From Burkholderiales bacterium (lineage in GTDB: Bacteria; Pseudomonadota; Gammaproteobacteria; Burkholderiales; Ga0077523), in assembly GCA_044339985.1 (NCBI GenBank), contig JBIIUM010000001.1, positions 2,895 to 66,894 of the forward strand: DNA of 64,000 nt. The letters are read 5' to 3'. Below are positions 52,901 through 62,750 of this stretch, in pieces; the first letter of the stretch is position 1; each line of letters opens with the position of its first letter. The translations under genes and the position numbers were made by a program. Below the pieces are notes generated by a model that saw only the letters and a list, made by a program, of their open reading frames with translations, was not told the origin of the DNA and ran no database searches.

Positions 52901-54802
52901 TTATCTGCCGCCCAGTGCGAGCAGGGTGTCAAACAGCGTGGACGCAATCTGCAGTACCTTGCCCGAAGCCTGGTAGGCCTGCTGATAGCGCACCAGGTTC
53001 GCGGCCTCTTCGTCGAGATTCACTCCCGAGACGCCCTGCAAGGCGACGGTGGTCTGCTTGAGCAGAGACTCCTGAGCCGTGGACTGGATTTGCGATTCAC
53101 GCGTCTGGATCCCCACATCGCTCACCAGCTTGCTGTAGGCGCCCTGGTAGCTGGCCGTGCCGCCGGCCACCGTATTGGCGGTCTGCAACCCAGCAAGTCT
53201 GAGCGCATTGCGGTTGTCGGCCACGCCGTTGGCGTTGTTGGCGAGGGTGAAGGTATCGCCGTTACGGGGTGTGCCGCTGATCTGGAACTCCATGCCGTTG
53301 AAGGCGATGGTGCTACCCGAGGTGTAGGTGAAGGGCCCAGCAGCGGGTACGGCGCCGGCCACGGTGAATTCGTTGGTGCTCTGCACGTAGGTGAGAGTGA
53401 CGGCGCCAGCCAAGGGCAGGTTGGTAACGCTGGTTACCACGCCAGAGCTGATGCGCGCGTCGCCCTGGTTGCCCAGCGTGACGGCGGTGCGTACCGGCCC
53501 GGCAGCGGCGATGCGCGCCGTGTCGGTCATGCTGACGCGCATATCGCGCGCCACGTAGCGCGTTGGCATCACCAGGAAGCTGTCACCCGCCGCCGGAGTT
53601 CCGGAGGCGAGATTCACGGTGACGCCGTCGAGGGTCTGCGGAAGGGAGGCAAAGGTCTGGCTAGTGCCGTCGGAGAGCCGGTCCACGATCCAGCTGCCCG
53701 CGGAAAAGGTGAAGCGATAGTCGGAGGCGACCAGTTGACCCGGATCGGAAAGCGTTGCCGCGAGCACCCCACTACCGCTGTTGGTGGTGCGAGCCTGCAC
53801 CGTTGCCTGGGGTGCGGCAAAGAAATCACCTCCCAGATTGCCCCTCAGATCTTGACCGAGGCGCATCTGCTGGTTGAAGGTGTTGGCGAGCACCGCTGCC
53901 ACGCGCCCGAGCTGATTCACCGCAGGGTCCAGAGCCTCGCTGCGAAAGGCCAGCAGTCCGCCCAAGGCGCCCCCCTGAAGGCTGCTGGGTGGAAGCGAGA
54001 CGCTGGTCCCGGCCACGGCATAGCCGATAGCGCGGCCCTGCGGATCTTCCGGGGAGACGGAGGCTTCGAGCGACAGGGCTTGCGCGCCCACCACCAGGCT
54101 TTGGCCGGTTCCGATGAAAACGTTGTAACTGCCGTCGGACTGAGGCACGACGCTCACGCGCACCAGTTCATTGAGTTGCGATACCAGTTGGTCGCGCTGA
54201 TCGAGCAGGTCGTTGGCCGGAGTGGTTGGCGCGTTGCCGGAGGACAGTATCTGGTTGTTGAGCTTGGCGATCTGCTGAGCGAAGGCGTTGATCTCGCGAA
54301 CCGTGCCATCGATCGCTGAATTCACGCCGTCGCGGATTTCATTGAACCGGGCGTCCAACGACTGGAAGCGCGCCACCATGGACTGCCCGAGACTGATCAT
54401 GGCTTGACGCGATGGCACTGATGCGGGGTTGGCCGCCACGTCCTGAACACCGCCAAAGAAATCCTGAATGGCAGGCGACATTCCGGCAGCCGGATCGGCA
54501 AGGATGCCGTCCAACTGGGAGGCCTGGGCGAGAAAGCTCTTCAGATGACTCGCCTGAGTCTGGGCAGCCAACACCTGCCCAGCGAGAAACTCGCTGTACT
54601 GGCGCCGAACGGTGTTGATGGCAACGCCTTGGCCAAAAAAGCCCGCGCCCGTAGCCTGCGGGTTGCGGCTGCCTTGAATCACCGACTGGCGCGTGAACCC
54701 TTCCGTGCCGGCATTGGCGATGTTGTGGCTGGTGGTGGTCAGGCCAGCCTGTGCCGCCTGCAACCCGGAAACGCCAATGTTGAAGACCGAACCCGTGTTC
54801 AT
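52901..54802 (-). CDS. flgK: flagellar hook-associated protein 1
   Basis: 633 aa. N-terminus SVFNIGVSGLQAAQAGLTTTSHNIANAGTEGFTRQ; C-terminus SGVNLDEEAANLVRYQQAYQASGKV. Confidence 0.9.
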   Translation of the reverse strand: MNTGSVFNIGVSGLQAAQAGLTTTSHNIANAGTEGFTRQSVIQGSRNPQATGAGFFGQGVAINTVRRQYSEFLAGQVLAAQTQASHLKSFLAQASQLDGILADPAAGMSPAIQDFFGGVQDVAANPASVPSRQAMISLGQSMVARFQSLDARFNEIRDGVNSAIDGTVREINAFAQQIAKLNNQILSSGNAPTTPANDLLDQRDQLVSQLNELVRVSVVPQSDGSYNVFIGTGQSLVVGAQALSLEASVSPEDPQGRAIGYAVAGTSVSLPPSSLQGGALGGLLAFRSEALDPAVNQLGRVAAVLANTFNQQMRLGQDLRGNLGGDFFAAPQATVQARTTNSGSGVLAATLSDPGQLVASDYRFTFSAGSWIVDRLSDGTSQTFASLPQTLDGVTVNLASGTPAAGDSFLVMPTRYVARDMRVSMTDTARIAAAGPVRTAVTLGNQGDARISSGVVTSVTNLPLAGAVTLTYVQSTNEFTVAGAVPAAGPFTYTSGSTIAFNGMEFQISGTPRNGDTFTLANNANGVADNRNALRLAGLQTANTVAGGTASYQGAYSKLVSDVGIQTRESQIQSTAQESLLKQTTVALQGVSGVNLDEEAANLVRYQQAYQASGKVLQIASTLFDTLLALGGR

Positions 54803-54823
54803 CCCTGCTCCCTAACGGTTCGT

Positions 54824-55153
54824 TTACGGAGAGACAGGGGTTTTCTTGACCCCCTGGACGAGTTCCATCTGGCGCACGATGAGGTCGGCCAACCCAATGC
54901 CTCGCCCGCGCGACAGCGCCTGGGCATGCTGCTCGTCGAGCATGCCCGTGAAGGTTCGCGTGGCCTCGCTATCGAAGTATTCGTTACCGGGATTCGCAGC
55001 GCGCGCGGCCTTGAGCACCTGCTGCAGCAATAGCGCCTCGAACTCCTGCGCCACCTTACGCAGAGACGCCGCGTCACCGCCCTTCGCCTCCCCGAGCAAC
55101 GCCGCGGTGCGTCGCGGATCGAAGGCAAGACTTGCACCATCCAGGGGGTTCAT
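54824..55153 (-). CDS. flgJ: flagellar rod-binding protein (FlgJ N-terminal domain only, no peptidoglycan hydrolase domain)
   Basis: 109 aa. KVAQEFEALLLQQVLKAAR...FTGMLDEQHAQALSRGRGIGLADLIVRQM is the Rod-binding domain. Sits in the flgJ position between flgI and flgK. Confidence 0.75.
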   Translation of the reverse strand: MNPLDGASLAFDPRRTAALLGEAKGGDAASLRKVAQEFEALLLQQVLKAARAANPGNEYFDSEATRTFTGMLDEQHAQALSRGRGIGLADLIVRQMELVQGVKKTPVSP

Positions 55154-55168
55154 GGGGTTGCTCCGTCC

Positions 55169-56296
55169 TCAGATGACTTCGAGTTCGGCCTTGAGGGCCC
55201 CGGCAGCTTTCATGGCCTGCAGGATCGCGAGAAGATCGATGGGCGTTGCCCCCACCGAATTGAGCGCACGCACCACATCGGCCAGGGAGGTGGTGTTGGG
55301 CAGCACCACCAGACCCGCCTTGTCGGACTTCACCTCCACGTTGGCCCGTTCGGCGGTCACGGTCTGCCCGCCCGAGAGCGCCCCGGGCTGGCTGATGATC
55401 GGTTCGGTCTGGATGGTCACAGACAGGTTACCGTGCGCCACGGCGCAGTTGCTCACCAGCACACGGGTGTTCATCACCACCGAGCCGGTTCGGCTGTTGA
55501 CGATCACCCGGGGCGAGGCTTCCGCGGGGTTGACCAGCAGATTCTCCAGCCGTGACACGAATGCCACGCGCTGGGCCGGGTCCTCCGGCGCCCGTACCCG
55601 TACCTGACGGGCGTCGGCAGCCACGGCAATACCCGGGCCGAGGGCGGCATTGATGGCCTCCACCATTCGGGTGGCAGTGGTGAAGTCGGTGTCGAAGGTC
55701 TGAAACACCAGTTCGCCTCCTTGGGCGATGGACGAGGGCACGGCGCGCTCCACCGTGGCACCCTGGGGAATGCGCCCCGCATTAAGGTGATTGACCGCCA
55801 CGCTGGTGCCACCGGACTGCGCGCCCGCGCCGGCCACCAGGACATTGCCCTGGGTGATGGCGTAGATCTGTCCGTCGGCACCGCGCAGTGGTGTGAGCAA
55901 CAGCGTGCCGCCGCGCAGGCTGCGGGCGTTGCCCATGGAAGAAACGGTCACGTCGATGGTCTGGCCGGGCCGGGCGAAAGGCGGGAGCTGCGCGGTCACC
56001 ATCACCGCCGCCACGTTGCGCAATTGCAGGTTCAGGCCCGGGGGCAAAGTCACACCGAGTTGCTGCAACATCGCCGCAAGACTCTGGGTGGTAAAGGGCG
56101 TTTGAGTGGTCTGGTCGCCGGTGCCGTCGAGACCCACCACCACGCCATAGCCCACCAACTGGTTTGCGCGCACGCCGGCGAGTGTTGCCAGATCCTTGAT
56201 TCGTTGTTGCGCCAGCACTGTCGGAGAGGCGAACATCCCCGACAGGGTCAGGATCACGGCAGTCACGACAGCGATCCGGGTAGCAATGCGGTACAT
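55169..56296 (-). CDS. flgI: flagellar P-ring protein
   Basis: 375 aa with a signal peptide and motifs RIKDLATLAGVRANQLVGYGVVVGLDGTGD and AILQAMKAAGAL. Confidence 0.95.
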   Translation of the reverse strand: MYRIATRIAVVTAVILTLSGMFASPTVLAQQRIKDLATLAGVRANQLVGYGVVVGLDGTGDQTTQTPFTTQSLAAMLQQLGVTLPPGLNLQLRNVAAVMVTAQLPPFARPGQTIDVTVSSMGNARSLRGGTLLLTPLRGADGQIYAITQGNVLVAGAGAQSGGTSVAVNHLNAGRIPQGATVERAVPSSIAQGGELVFQTFDTDFTTATRMVEAINAALGPGIAVAADARQVRVRAPEDPAQRVAFVSRLENLLVNPAEASPRVIVNSRTGSVVMNTRVLVSNCAVAHGNLSVTIQTEPIISQPGALSGGQTVTAERANVEVKSDKAGLVVLPNTTSLADVVRALNSVGATPIDLLAILQAMKAAGALKAELEVI

Positions 56297-56312
56297 GAGC
56301 GTTCTCCCTGGC

Positions 56313-56978
56313 TTAGAACGGCGAGGCGCTGAGGAAGAAGCGCTGCAACCAACCCATGGTCTGGGCCTCGGAGAGATAGCCGCGGCCCTTGTACTCGATG
56401 CGCGCGTCCGCCACCCGAGTGGAAGAGACCGAGTTGAGCGCGCCCACGTTGATGGGATTCACCACCCCCGAGAAGCGGATGAACTCGGTGCCCTGGTTGA
56501 TTGTGACCTGCTTCTCGCCACTAACGAGCAGGTTGCCATTGGGATACACCTCTATCACCGTGACCGCCAACGTGCCGGTGAAGGAGTTGTTGGCCGCGCT
56601 GTTGCCGCCGCCATCGAACGTGGACTCGGAGGAAGCACCCAGTTCCGCGCCTTGCAGCGGCGCACCGGGCAGTCCCGTGAGGGTGGGAACGGCCAGGCTC
56701 ACATCTGCCTTGCGGTTTGCCTGGCTCGTGGTGCGCTTGGAGGCGTTGGTGCGTTCCTCCAGCACCACCGTGAGCGTGTCGCCCACGAAGCGCGCGCGAC
56801 GGTCCTCGAACAACGCGAGCCGCGCGGCGTCGGCGCGATAAATCGCACCGTCGTCTCGCGCCAGAGGCTGAGGCGGCACCGGGCGCACACTCATGGGCTG
56901 ATGCACCGACGTGCCGGGTGTGGTCATGGCGCAGCCTGCGACGAGCAGGCTGGCAAGAATGGCGTGGCGTTGGCGCAT
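56313..56978 (-). CDS. flgH: flagellar L-ring lipoprotein
   Basis: 221 aa with lipobox LLVAGC and motifs [16 protein letters not shown] and [12 protein letters not shown]. Confidence 0.93.
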   Translation of the reverse strand: MRQRHAILASLLVAGCAMTTPGTSVHQPMSVRPVPPQPLARDDGAIYRADAARLALFEDRRARFVGDTLTVVLEERTNASKRTTSQANRKADVSLAVPTLTGLPGAPLQGAELGASSESTFDGGGNSAANNSFTGTLAVTVIEVYPNGNLLVSGEKQVTINQGTEFIRFSGVVNPINVGALNSVSSTRVADARIEYKGRGYLSEAQTMGWLQRFFLSASPF

Positions 56979-57011
56979 GGGGCAATGTCCTTGGAAAGGT
57001 CACCATCCCGG

Positions 57012-57027
57012 TGCAGCGTTTGTGCCA
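57012..57027 (-). promoter_or_regulatory. candidate sigma-54 (-24/-12) promoter for the flgH operon
   Basis: The minus strand reads TGGCACAAACGCTGCA against the consensus TGGCAC-N5-TTGCW. The GG and GC are correctly spaced. The -12 element lies about 35 nt upstream of the flgH ATG, and an AAGGA RBS follows. Confidence 0.5.
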
Positions 57028-57349
57028 GGCCGCACACCGCAGCCATGATACTGTTTTAAATAATATTTTTCGTCAGCACGTTGCCACGTCACCGGCAACC
57101 CTACGGGCTCCGCGGCAAGCCGGCTCCGATGGGGGCGGCAAGGTTTACCGCAGGAAATGCCGTTCTATGGCTACCGCACGGGGGCACCGCGAATCGGCGC
57201 AAACACCAGCCCGCGTCCACAGCAAGCCCCGGCGGGCACTTCAATCCATGGCTGGGTCAACCGGGAAGCGGCTGCACCCGCCGGGACCGGTGAGCCTTAC
57301 CCCTTGGAGCATCGCTTCCTGTCCCGAGGATCGAAGGGCATTACGTTTA

Positions 57350-57634
57350 TCAGTAGGGCAATCTGTAGTGCTTGTCCGCGAGCCAGTCGGTAACACTTTC
57401 CACGTCGTACTGGGACCATCGTAGCCGGGTGTTGTCCTGCCAGCGCTGCACTTGCTGGCGAATCTCGAGATAGCTGTTGGCAACTCGATCCGGGCGGCTG
57501 TAGATGCCAGGGTCGTGGCACATGAGGCAGTGGGTGTCGTGAAGCGCGCGGCCGCGCTCCAGATCGCCCGCCTGGGCCGAAACGGCCACCGCACCAAGCA
57601 GCGCCATCGAGGCGACAATAGGATTTCGAAACAT
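57350..57634 (-). CDS. small periplasmic c-type cytochrome (single CxxCH)
   Basis: ATG at 57634. Signal peptide MFRNPIVASMALLGAVAVSAQA and heme motif CLMCH. Confidence 0.65.
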   Translation of the reverse strand: MFRNPIVASMALLGAVAVSAQAGDLERGRALHDTHCLMCHDPGIYSRPDRVANSYLEIRQQVQRWQDNTRLRWSQYDVESVTDWLADKHYRLPY

Positions 57635-57749
57635 GAGCACCTCTCCATCATCGGGAACGCCGGGACGGCATTCATGAACGCCGGAAGTGTAAGCCCGGCG
57701 ATGAACCCACGCGAACCTCGACGATCGACGTGTCTCTAAGTCCTGAATC

Positions 57750-58196
57750 ATGAAAGCGCAATCCCTGGAATTTCTGTTGACCGGCGCGTTGCTTGCCCTG
57801 CTGGGTCAGGTGGCGGCGTTCGGCGGTGCGGTCCTCTGGGGCAATGCCGTCGGAGCCTCCCCGGCCGCGGGTCTGTCCGGCGCGCTGTACGCGCCCTTTG
57901 GGCTGGTAGCCTTGTTGGCGCCAGGCCTGGCCGCTCCATTGGCGCGCCGCGCCCTCGAACTGCATTCGGCGCAAAGCGGGAGCGCGGATCAATCGCCCTG
58001 GTCCAGTCCCTGGCGCTTCGTTGCCCTGCTGGGAATCGCAGAAACCCTTTATGCGGCGGCGCGGCTGGCAGGAGGCGCCAGCGCCCTTGCGCCGCTGCCC
58101 ATGCACGGGCTGCTTGCGGTCCATGCCGCCGTCGCAACCATCGTATTTCGCCGGAGCAAACCCCATGCAAGTGGTTCCCCGCCTACCGAAACCTGA
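57750..58196 (+). CDS. hypothetical membrane protein (about 4 TM helices)
   Basis: 148-aa ORF with Ala/Leu/Gly-rich hydrophobic segments. Weak support beyond hydrophobicity. Confidence 0.4.
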   Translation: MKAQSLEFLLTGALLALLGQVAAFGGAVLWGNAVGASPAAGLSGALYAPFGLVALLAPGLAAPLARRALELHSAQSGSADQSPWSSPWRFVALLGIAETLYAAARLAGGASALAPLPMHGLLAVHAAVATIVFRRSKPHASGSPPTET

Positions 58197-58569
58197 GCAC
58201 CTGCGCCAATTCCTGCTGGCCGCCTTGGTCCTGACAGCCCTGGTGACGGGAGGTTGCGCGGCATTCGAGAAACGCGAACCCATGACCCTGGACCAAGTGG
58301 TGCAACTGTCAGTTGAGGGCAAGTCGGCCGACCACATCATCAACCGCCTGTCGGAGTCCCGCACGGTCTTCGCCTTGTCGGGTTCGGGCTACGCCAGATT
58401 GCGCGAGCAGGGTGTCGATGACGCGGTGCTCGATTTCATTCAGCGAAGTTACGTCGCCCGGGTGGAACTGGACAGCCGCCTGCGCTACCAGGGGTGGTAC
58501 TCACCGGGCTTCTACCCGCCCTACTACCGCCCAATGATGGGCCCATGGCCCTATTGGTACGGCTGGTAG
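58165..58569 (+). CDS. hypothetical lipoprotein with an aromatic/proline-rich C-terminal tail
   Basis: ATG at 58165 in ORF 58021..58569. Lipobox LVTGGC. Tail: YQGWYSPGFYPPYYRPMMGPWPYWYGW. Confidence 0.6.
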   Translation: MQVVPRLPKPEHLRQFLLAALVLTALVTGGCAAFEKREPMTLDQVVQLSVEGKSADHIINRLSESRTVFALSGSGYARLREQGVDDAVLDFIQRSYVARVELDSRLRYQGWYSPGFYPPYYRPMMGPWPYWYGW

Positions 58570-58575
58570 CAGCCC

Positions 58576-59490
58576 TCATCCGCCGGGGCGGTTTCGCAAC
58601 CCGGCCGCAATCACATGCCAGTTCACCAGAACCAATGCCGCGACGATTCCGGCCAGGCCTACCACTAGCCGCCACCCCAGTGGTTCCGCCAACACCGCGG
58701 CCCCAAGAATGGCCGCCGAGACGGGATTCAGGGTCACCGCCAGCGCCACCCGCGACGGCGTCGTGTGCTCGAGCGCCCATATCCATAGGAAGAACGTGAC
58801 GGCCCCGCCCAGGGACATCAGATACGCCAGGGCCAGCCATCCGCTGGCACCGATTTGGCTGATTGTCCCTGCTTCGCCCTGCCACAACAGGGCAACCCCC
58901 GCCGCCACGGCCCCCACCGGCACCATCACCGCGCCAGCCACGCGTGCGCGGTGGCGGCGAAGGGCAAAACTGGAGGCAACGTTATAGAGCGACCCGGACA
59001 CTACCGCTCCGAACATGTACATATCGCCGCGCCAGGCGTGCGGCCCCGTATCGGAGAGCTGGTCGCTCAGGGCGAAACCCACTGCGGCGAGCGCCAGCAG
59101 CCCGCCAGCCACCTTGGCGACGGTAAGCCTCTCCCGGCCCGCGATCACAGCGAAGGCCAGCGTCACCAAGGGCTGGGTGGACAGCACCAACGCAGCGCGC
59201 GCTGCGGGAATCAGCGCCAGGGACGACGTGAACAACCAGGGGAAAAGCGCGAATTGGACCAGCCCCAGCCCGACCAGCGCAGGCATGTCGCCCCCCTTCA
59301 CCGGTTGTCCTGTCCTCGGCAAGGTGAAGGCCAGCATCAACAGGCCTGCGCCCGCAAAGCGCAGGAACACCACCGGCAACACGCCCGCTTCGGGCACCAC
59401 GAAGCGGGTCGCCACGATGGCCGAGCCGCCAAGGAAGCTGGACAGCCCGGCAGCCCCCACCGCCAGAAGCGCCGGGGGCAGACCCTTCAC
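58576..59490 (-). CDS. DMT-superfamily (EamA-like) transporter
   Basis: 304 aa, about 10 TM helices, two EamA-like halves. Confidence 0.85.
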   Translation of the reverse strand: MKGLPPALLAVGAAGLSSFLGGSAIVATRFVVPEAGVLPVVFLRFAGAGLLMLAFTLPRTGQPVKGGDMPALVGLGLVQFALFPWLFTSSLALIPAARAALVLSTQPLVTLAFAVIAGRERLTVAKVAGGLLALAAVGFALSDQLSDTGPHAWRGDMYMFGAVVSGSLYNVASSFALRRHRARVAGAVMVPVGAVAAGVALLWQGEAGTISQIGASGWLALAYLMSLGGAVTFFLWIWALEHTTPSRVALAVTLNPVSAAILGAAVLAEPLGWRLVVGLAGIVAALVLVNWHVIAAGLRNRPGG

Positions 59491-59521
59491 GGCCTTGCCG
59501 CCGGCGCCATGGCCGCAATGC

Positions 59522-61204
59522 TCACTCGAATCGGTCGGTCACCGCTCCTCTGGAGGAAGTGGAAACCAGCTTCACGTACTTCGCCATCAGGCCACGGGTG
59601 TATTTGGGGGCAGGTGCCTGCCAGGCAGCTCGGCGCCGCTCCAGGTCTTCGTCGGACACGGCTACGGTAATGGACTGTTTGTGGGCGTCGATGGTGATGA
59701 GGTCGCCATCGCGCACCAGCCCGATGGGACCGCCCACCGCGGCCTCCGGAGCCACGTGGCCCACCACCATGCCCCAGGTGGCGCCGGAGAAGCGCCCGTC
59801 GGTGATCAGCCCCACCGACTCGCCCAGACCTGCACCGATGAGCGCAGCGGTGGGCCCGAGCATCTCCTGCATGCCCGGACCACCCTTCGGACCCTCGTAG
59901 CGGATCACCACCACGTCGCCCGCCTTCACCTTGCCTTCCATGATGGCGTTCATGGTTTCGTTTTCGGAGTCGAAACAGCGCGCGGGCCCGGTGATGACGG
60001 GATTCTTCAGACCGGTGATCTTGGCCACGCAGCCCTCGGGGGCGAGGTTGCCCTTGAGAATGGCCAGGTGGCCCTGCTTGTACATGGGGTCGTCCCAGGG
60101 ACGGATCACGTCCTGATCCGCGCGCCGCACCGGATTGAGCGCGGCAAGTTCCTCGCCCATGGTGCGGCCGGTGATGGTCATGCAGTCGCCGTGCAGCAGG
60201 CCATGGTCGAGCAGCATCTTCAGCACCACCGGCACGCCGCCGGCACGGTGGAAATCGGTGGCCACGTACTTGCCGGAGGGCTTGAGGTCGCACAGCACCG
60301 GCGTACGCAGGCGGATGCGTTCCACGTCGTCGATGGTCCACTCCACTTCCGCCGCCGAGGCGATGGCCAGGTAGTGCAATACGGCGTTGGTGGACCCGCC
60401 CGTGGCCATGATGAGGGAGAAGACGTTTTCGATGGACTTGCGCGTGATGATGTCGCGTGGGCGGATTCCCTTGCGAATGGCCTCCACCAGCACCCGGGCG
60501 GACTCGGCAGCCGAGTCTGCCTTTTCAGGGTCGGGTGAGGCGATCTGGGATGAGCCCAGCAAGCTCATGCCGAGCGCCTCGAAGGACGAACTCATGGTGT
60601 TGGCCGTGTACATGCCGCCGCAGGCACCCACGGTGGGGCAGGCGTTTCGCTCGATGCCGTCGTAGTCCTCCTTGGACATCTTGCCGGCCATGAAGGCACC
60701 CACCGCCTCGAAAGCACTGGCGATGGTGAGATCCTGGCCTTTCCACTTGCCAGGCTTGATGGTGCCGCCATAGACGTAGATGGAGGGAACGTTCATCCGC
60801 GCCATGGCCATCATGCCGCCGGGCATGTTCTTGTCGCAGGCCCCCACCACCAGCACGCCGTCCATCATCTGGCCGTTGGTGGAAGTCTCGATGGCGTCGG
60901 CGATCACTTCGCGCGACACGAGCGAATACTTCATGCCCTCGGTCCCCATGCCGATGCCGTCGGTCACCGTGGGCACGCCGAACACCTGCGGCTTGGCGCC
61001 AGCCGCCTCAAGGGCGGCCATGGCACGGTCCACCAGAGGCTGGATGCCGGCATTGCACGGGTTCATGGTGGAATGGCCATTGGCCACACCCACGATGGGT
61101 TTGACGAAGTCGCCATCGCCAAAACCAACGGCGCGAAGCATGGCGCGATTGGGGGCGCGCGCGACGCCGCTCGTGATGAGTTTTGAACGCCAGTTATCGG
61201 CCAT
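59522..61204 (-). CDS. ilvD: dihydroxy-acid dehydratase
   Basis: 560 aa with motifs [23 protein letters not shown] and TDGRFSG. Confidence 0.97.
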   Translation of the reverse strand: MADNWRSKLITSGVARAPNRAMLRAVGFGDGDFVKPIVGVANGHSTMNPCNAGIQPLVDRAMAALEAAGAKPQVFGVPTVTDGIGMGTEGMKYSLVSREVIADAIETSTNGQMMDGVLVVGACDKNMPGGMMAMARMNVPSIYVYGGTIKPGKWKGQDLTIASAFEAVGAFMAGKMSKEDYDGIERNACPTVGACGGMYTANTMSSSFEALGMSLLGSSQIASPDPEKADSAAESARVLVEAIRKGIRPRDIITRKSIENVFSLIMATGGSTNAVLHYLAIASAAEVEWTIDDVERIRLRTPVLCDLKPSGKYVATDFHRAGGVPVVLKMLLDHGLLHGDCMTITGRTMGEELAALNPVRRADQDVIRPWDDPMYKQGHLAILKGNLAPEGCVAKITGLKNPVITGPARCFDSENETMNAIMEGKVKAGDVVVIRYEGPKGGPGMQEMLGPTAALIGAGLGESVGLITDGRFSGATWGMVVGHVAPEAAVGGPIGLVRDGDLITIDAHKQSITVAVSDEDLERRRAAWQAPAPKYTRGLMAKYVKLVSTSSRGAVTDRFE

Positions 61205-61344
61205 GAGCTGCTCTCCTTCGTGCGTTATCCGGACGCAGGCAGCGAGGTCACGCCACCCGCCGTCCGCCTAGGGTGGCCAAAGTTTCGTAGACGCGCAAAC
61301 CCTCGTCAAATATATTGTTTAACCATGATTGATATCAACCGAGT

Positions 61345-62283
61345 ATGAATACCTTGCGCCACAACGAGCCCCGTCCTCCCGAACTTCGTCATTTGCGCTA
61401 CTTCGTGGCGGTGGCGCAGGAACTGCATTTCGGCCGTGCCGCAGAGCGGCTGCACATATCCCAACCGCCGCTCTCCATGCAGATCCAGGCCCTCGAGCGA
61501 TCCCTGGGCGTGCAATTGCTGGTTCGCACGCAGCGGCAGGTGTCTCTCACTCGGGCTGGTGAAGCCTTTCTTCGGGAGAGCGTGCAGATCCTGGCTCGGC
61601 TCGAAGCGGCTGGTCGCCTGGCACAGCGCGTGAGCCGTGGCGAGGTGGGTGAATTGGCCGTGGGGTTCGTTAGCATGGCCGACTACAACATCTTGCCGCC
61701 GCTGCTGAGAGAGTTTCGCCAGCGTGCGCCAGAGGTACGTCTGACGCTCCACGAATCAACCACCGACCGTCAACTCGAGGCGCTGGTACAGGGGCAGCTG
61801 GACGTGGGCTTCGTGCTGCCTCCGGTGCGGGACGCGCGCATTGCCTACCGCCCGGCGCATCGCGAACCGCTGCTGGCCGCACTGCCTGCCCGACACCCGT
61901 TGGCGAAACGGCGCGGACCCTTGCCAATGGCGCGCCTTGCCGACCAGCCTTTCATCCTGTTCCCGCGAGAACTCGCCACCGGCCTGTACGACCATATCGT
62001 GGGCCTGTGTCGCGCCGCCGGCTTCAGCCCGCGCGTGGAACAGGAGGCTGTGCAGATGCAAACCATCCTCAGCCTCGTGTCGGCGGACATGGGCGTGGCA
62101 TTGATCCCAGCCTCGCTGGTACATCTTGGCCGCACCGGGGTTACCTACAAGCCTTTGCGCGAAACGTCCCCAGTTACCGAGATCGGGATCGCCTGGCGAC
62201 GGGACGATGCCCTCGCCACCCTTCAGTTGTTCCTGGCCACAGCGCGCCGTTTCGTGCCCGAAGGAGGGGAAATCCCGCCATGA
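61345..62283 (+). CDS. LysR-family transcriptional regulator
   Basis: 312 aa. HTH: LRHLRYFVAVAQELHFGRAAERLHISQPPLSMQIQALE. Divergent from ilvD. Confidence 0.9.
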   Translation: MNTLRHNEPRPPELRHLRYFVAVAQELHFGRAAERLHISQPPLSMQIQALERSLGVQLLVRTQRQVSLTRAGEAFLRESVQILARLEAAGRLAQRVSRGEVGELAVGFVSMADYNILPPLLREFRQRAPEVRLTLHESTTDRQLEALVQGQLDVGFVLPPVRDARIAYRPAHREPLLAALPARHPLAKRRGPLPMARLADQPFILFPRELATGLYDHIVGLCRAAGFSPRVEQEAVQMQTILSLVSADMGVALIPASLVHLGRTGVTYKPLRETSPVTEIGIAWRRDDALATLQLFLATARRFVPEGGEIPP

Positions 62284-62750
62284 CCACCGACTGCCTGCAC
62301 CTACCTGACGAACGGGCAACGCTTTCGCTTGGTGCCGCCCTGGGAACACACCTTGAGCCAGGGCTAGTGGTGCACCTGCAGGGGGATCTGGGCGCGGGGA
62401 AAACCACCTTTGCGAGAGGTCTGATCCGCAGTCTGGGTTATCCAGGGCTGGTCAAAAGCCCCACCTTCACACTGGTTGAACCTTATAGGTTTTCTAGTTT
62501 ATCCTTGTACCACTTTGATTTTTATAGGTTAGAAGATCCAACAGAATGGATGAATACGGGGCTCGATGAATACTTCGACGGCGCGGCAGTAATCCTGCTG
62601 GAATGGCCGGAGAAAGCAGGCCCGGCGCTGCCATCACCTGATTTGCGCGTCCGCCTGGAACACGCCGCTGACAACGGGCGCCTCGCTTGGTTGGAAAGTC
62701 ATACGGAAAAGGGAAGACGTTGCCTGGAAAGAATGCGCGGCAGTTCATGA
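62280..62750 (+). CDS. tsaE: tRNA threonylcarbamoyladenosine biosynthesis ATPase TsaE
   Basis: ATG at 62280 (ATGA overlap with the LysR stop). Motifs GDLGAGKTTF, SPTFTLV, YHFDFYRL and LEWPE. Confidence 0.9.
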   Translation: MTTDCLHLPDERATLSLGAALGTHLEPGLVVHLQGDLGAGKTTFARGLIRSLGYPGLVKSPTFTLVEPYRFSSLSLYHFDFYRLEDPTEWMNTGLDEYFDGAAVILLEWPEKAGPALPSPDLRVRLEHAADNGRLAWLESHTEKGRRCLERMRGSS

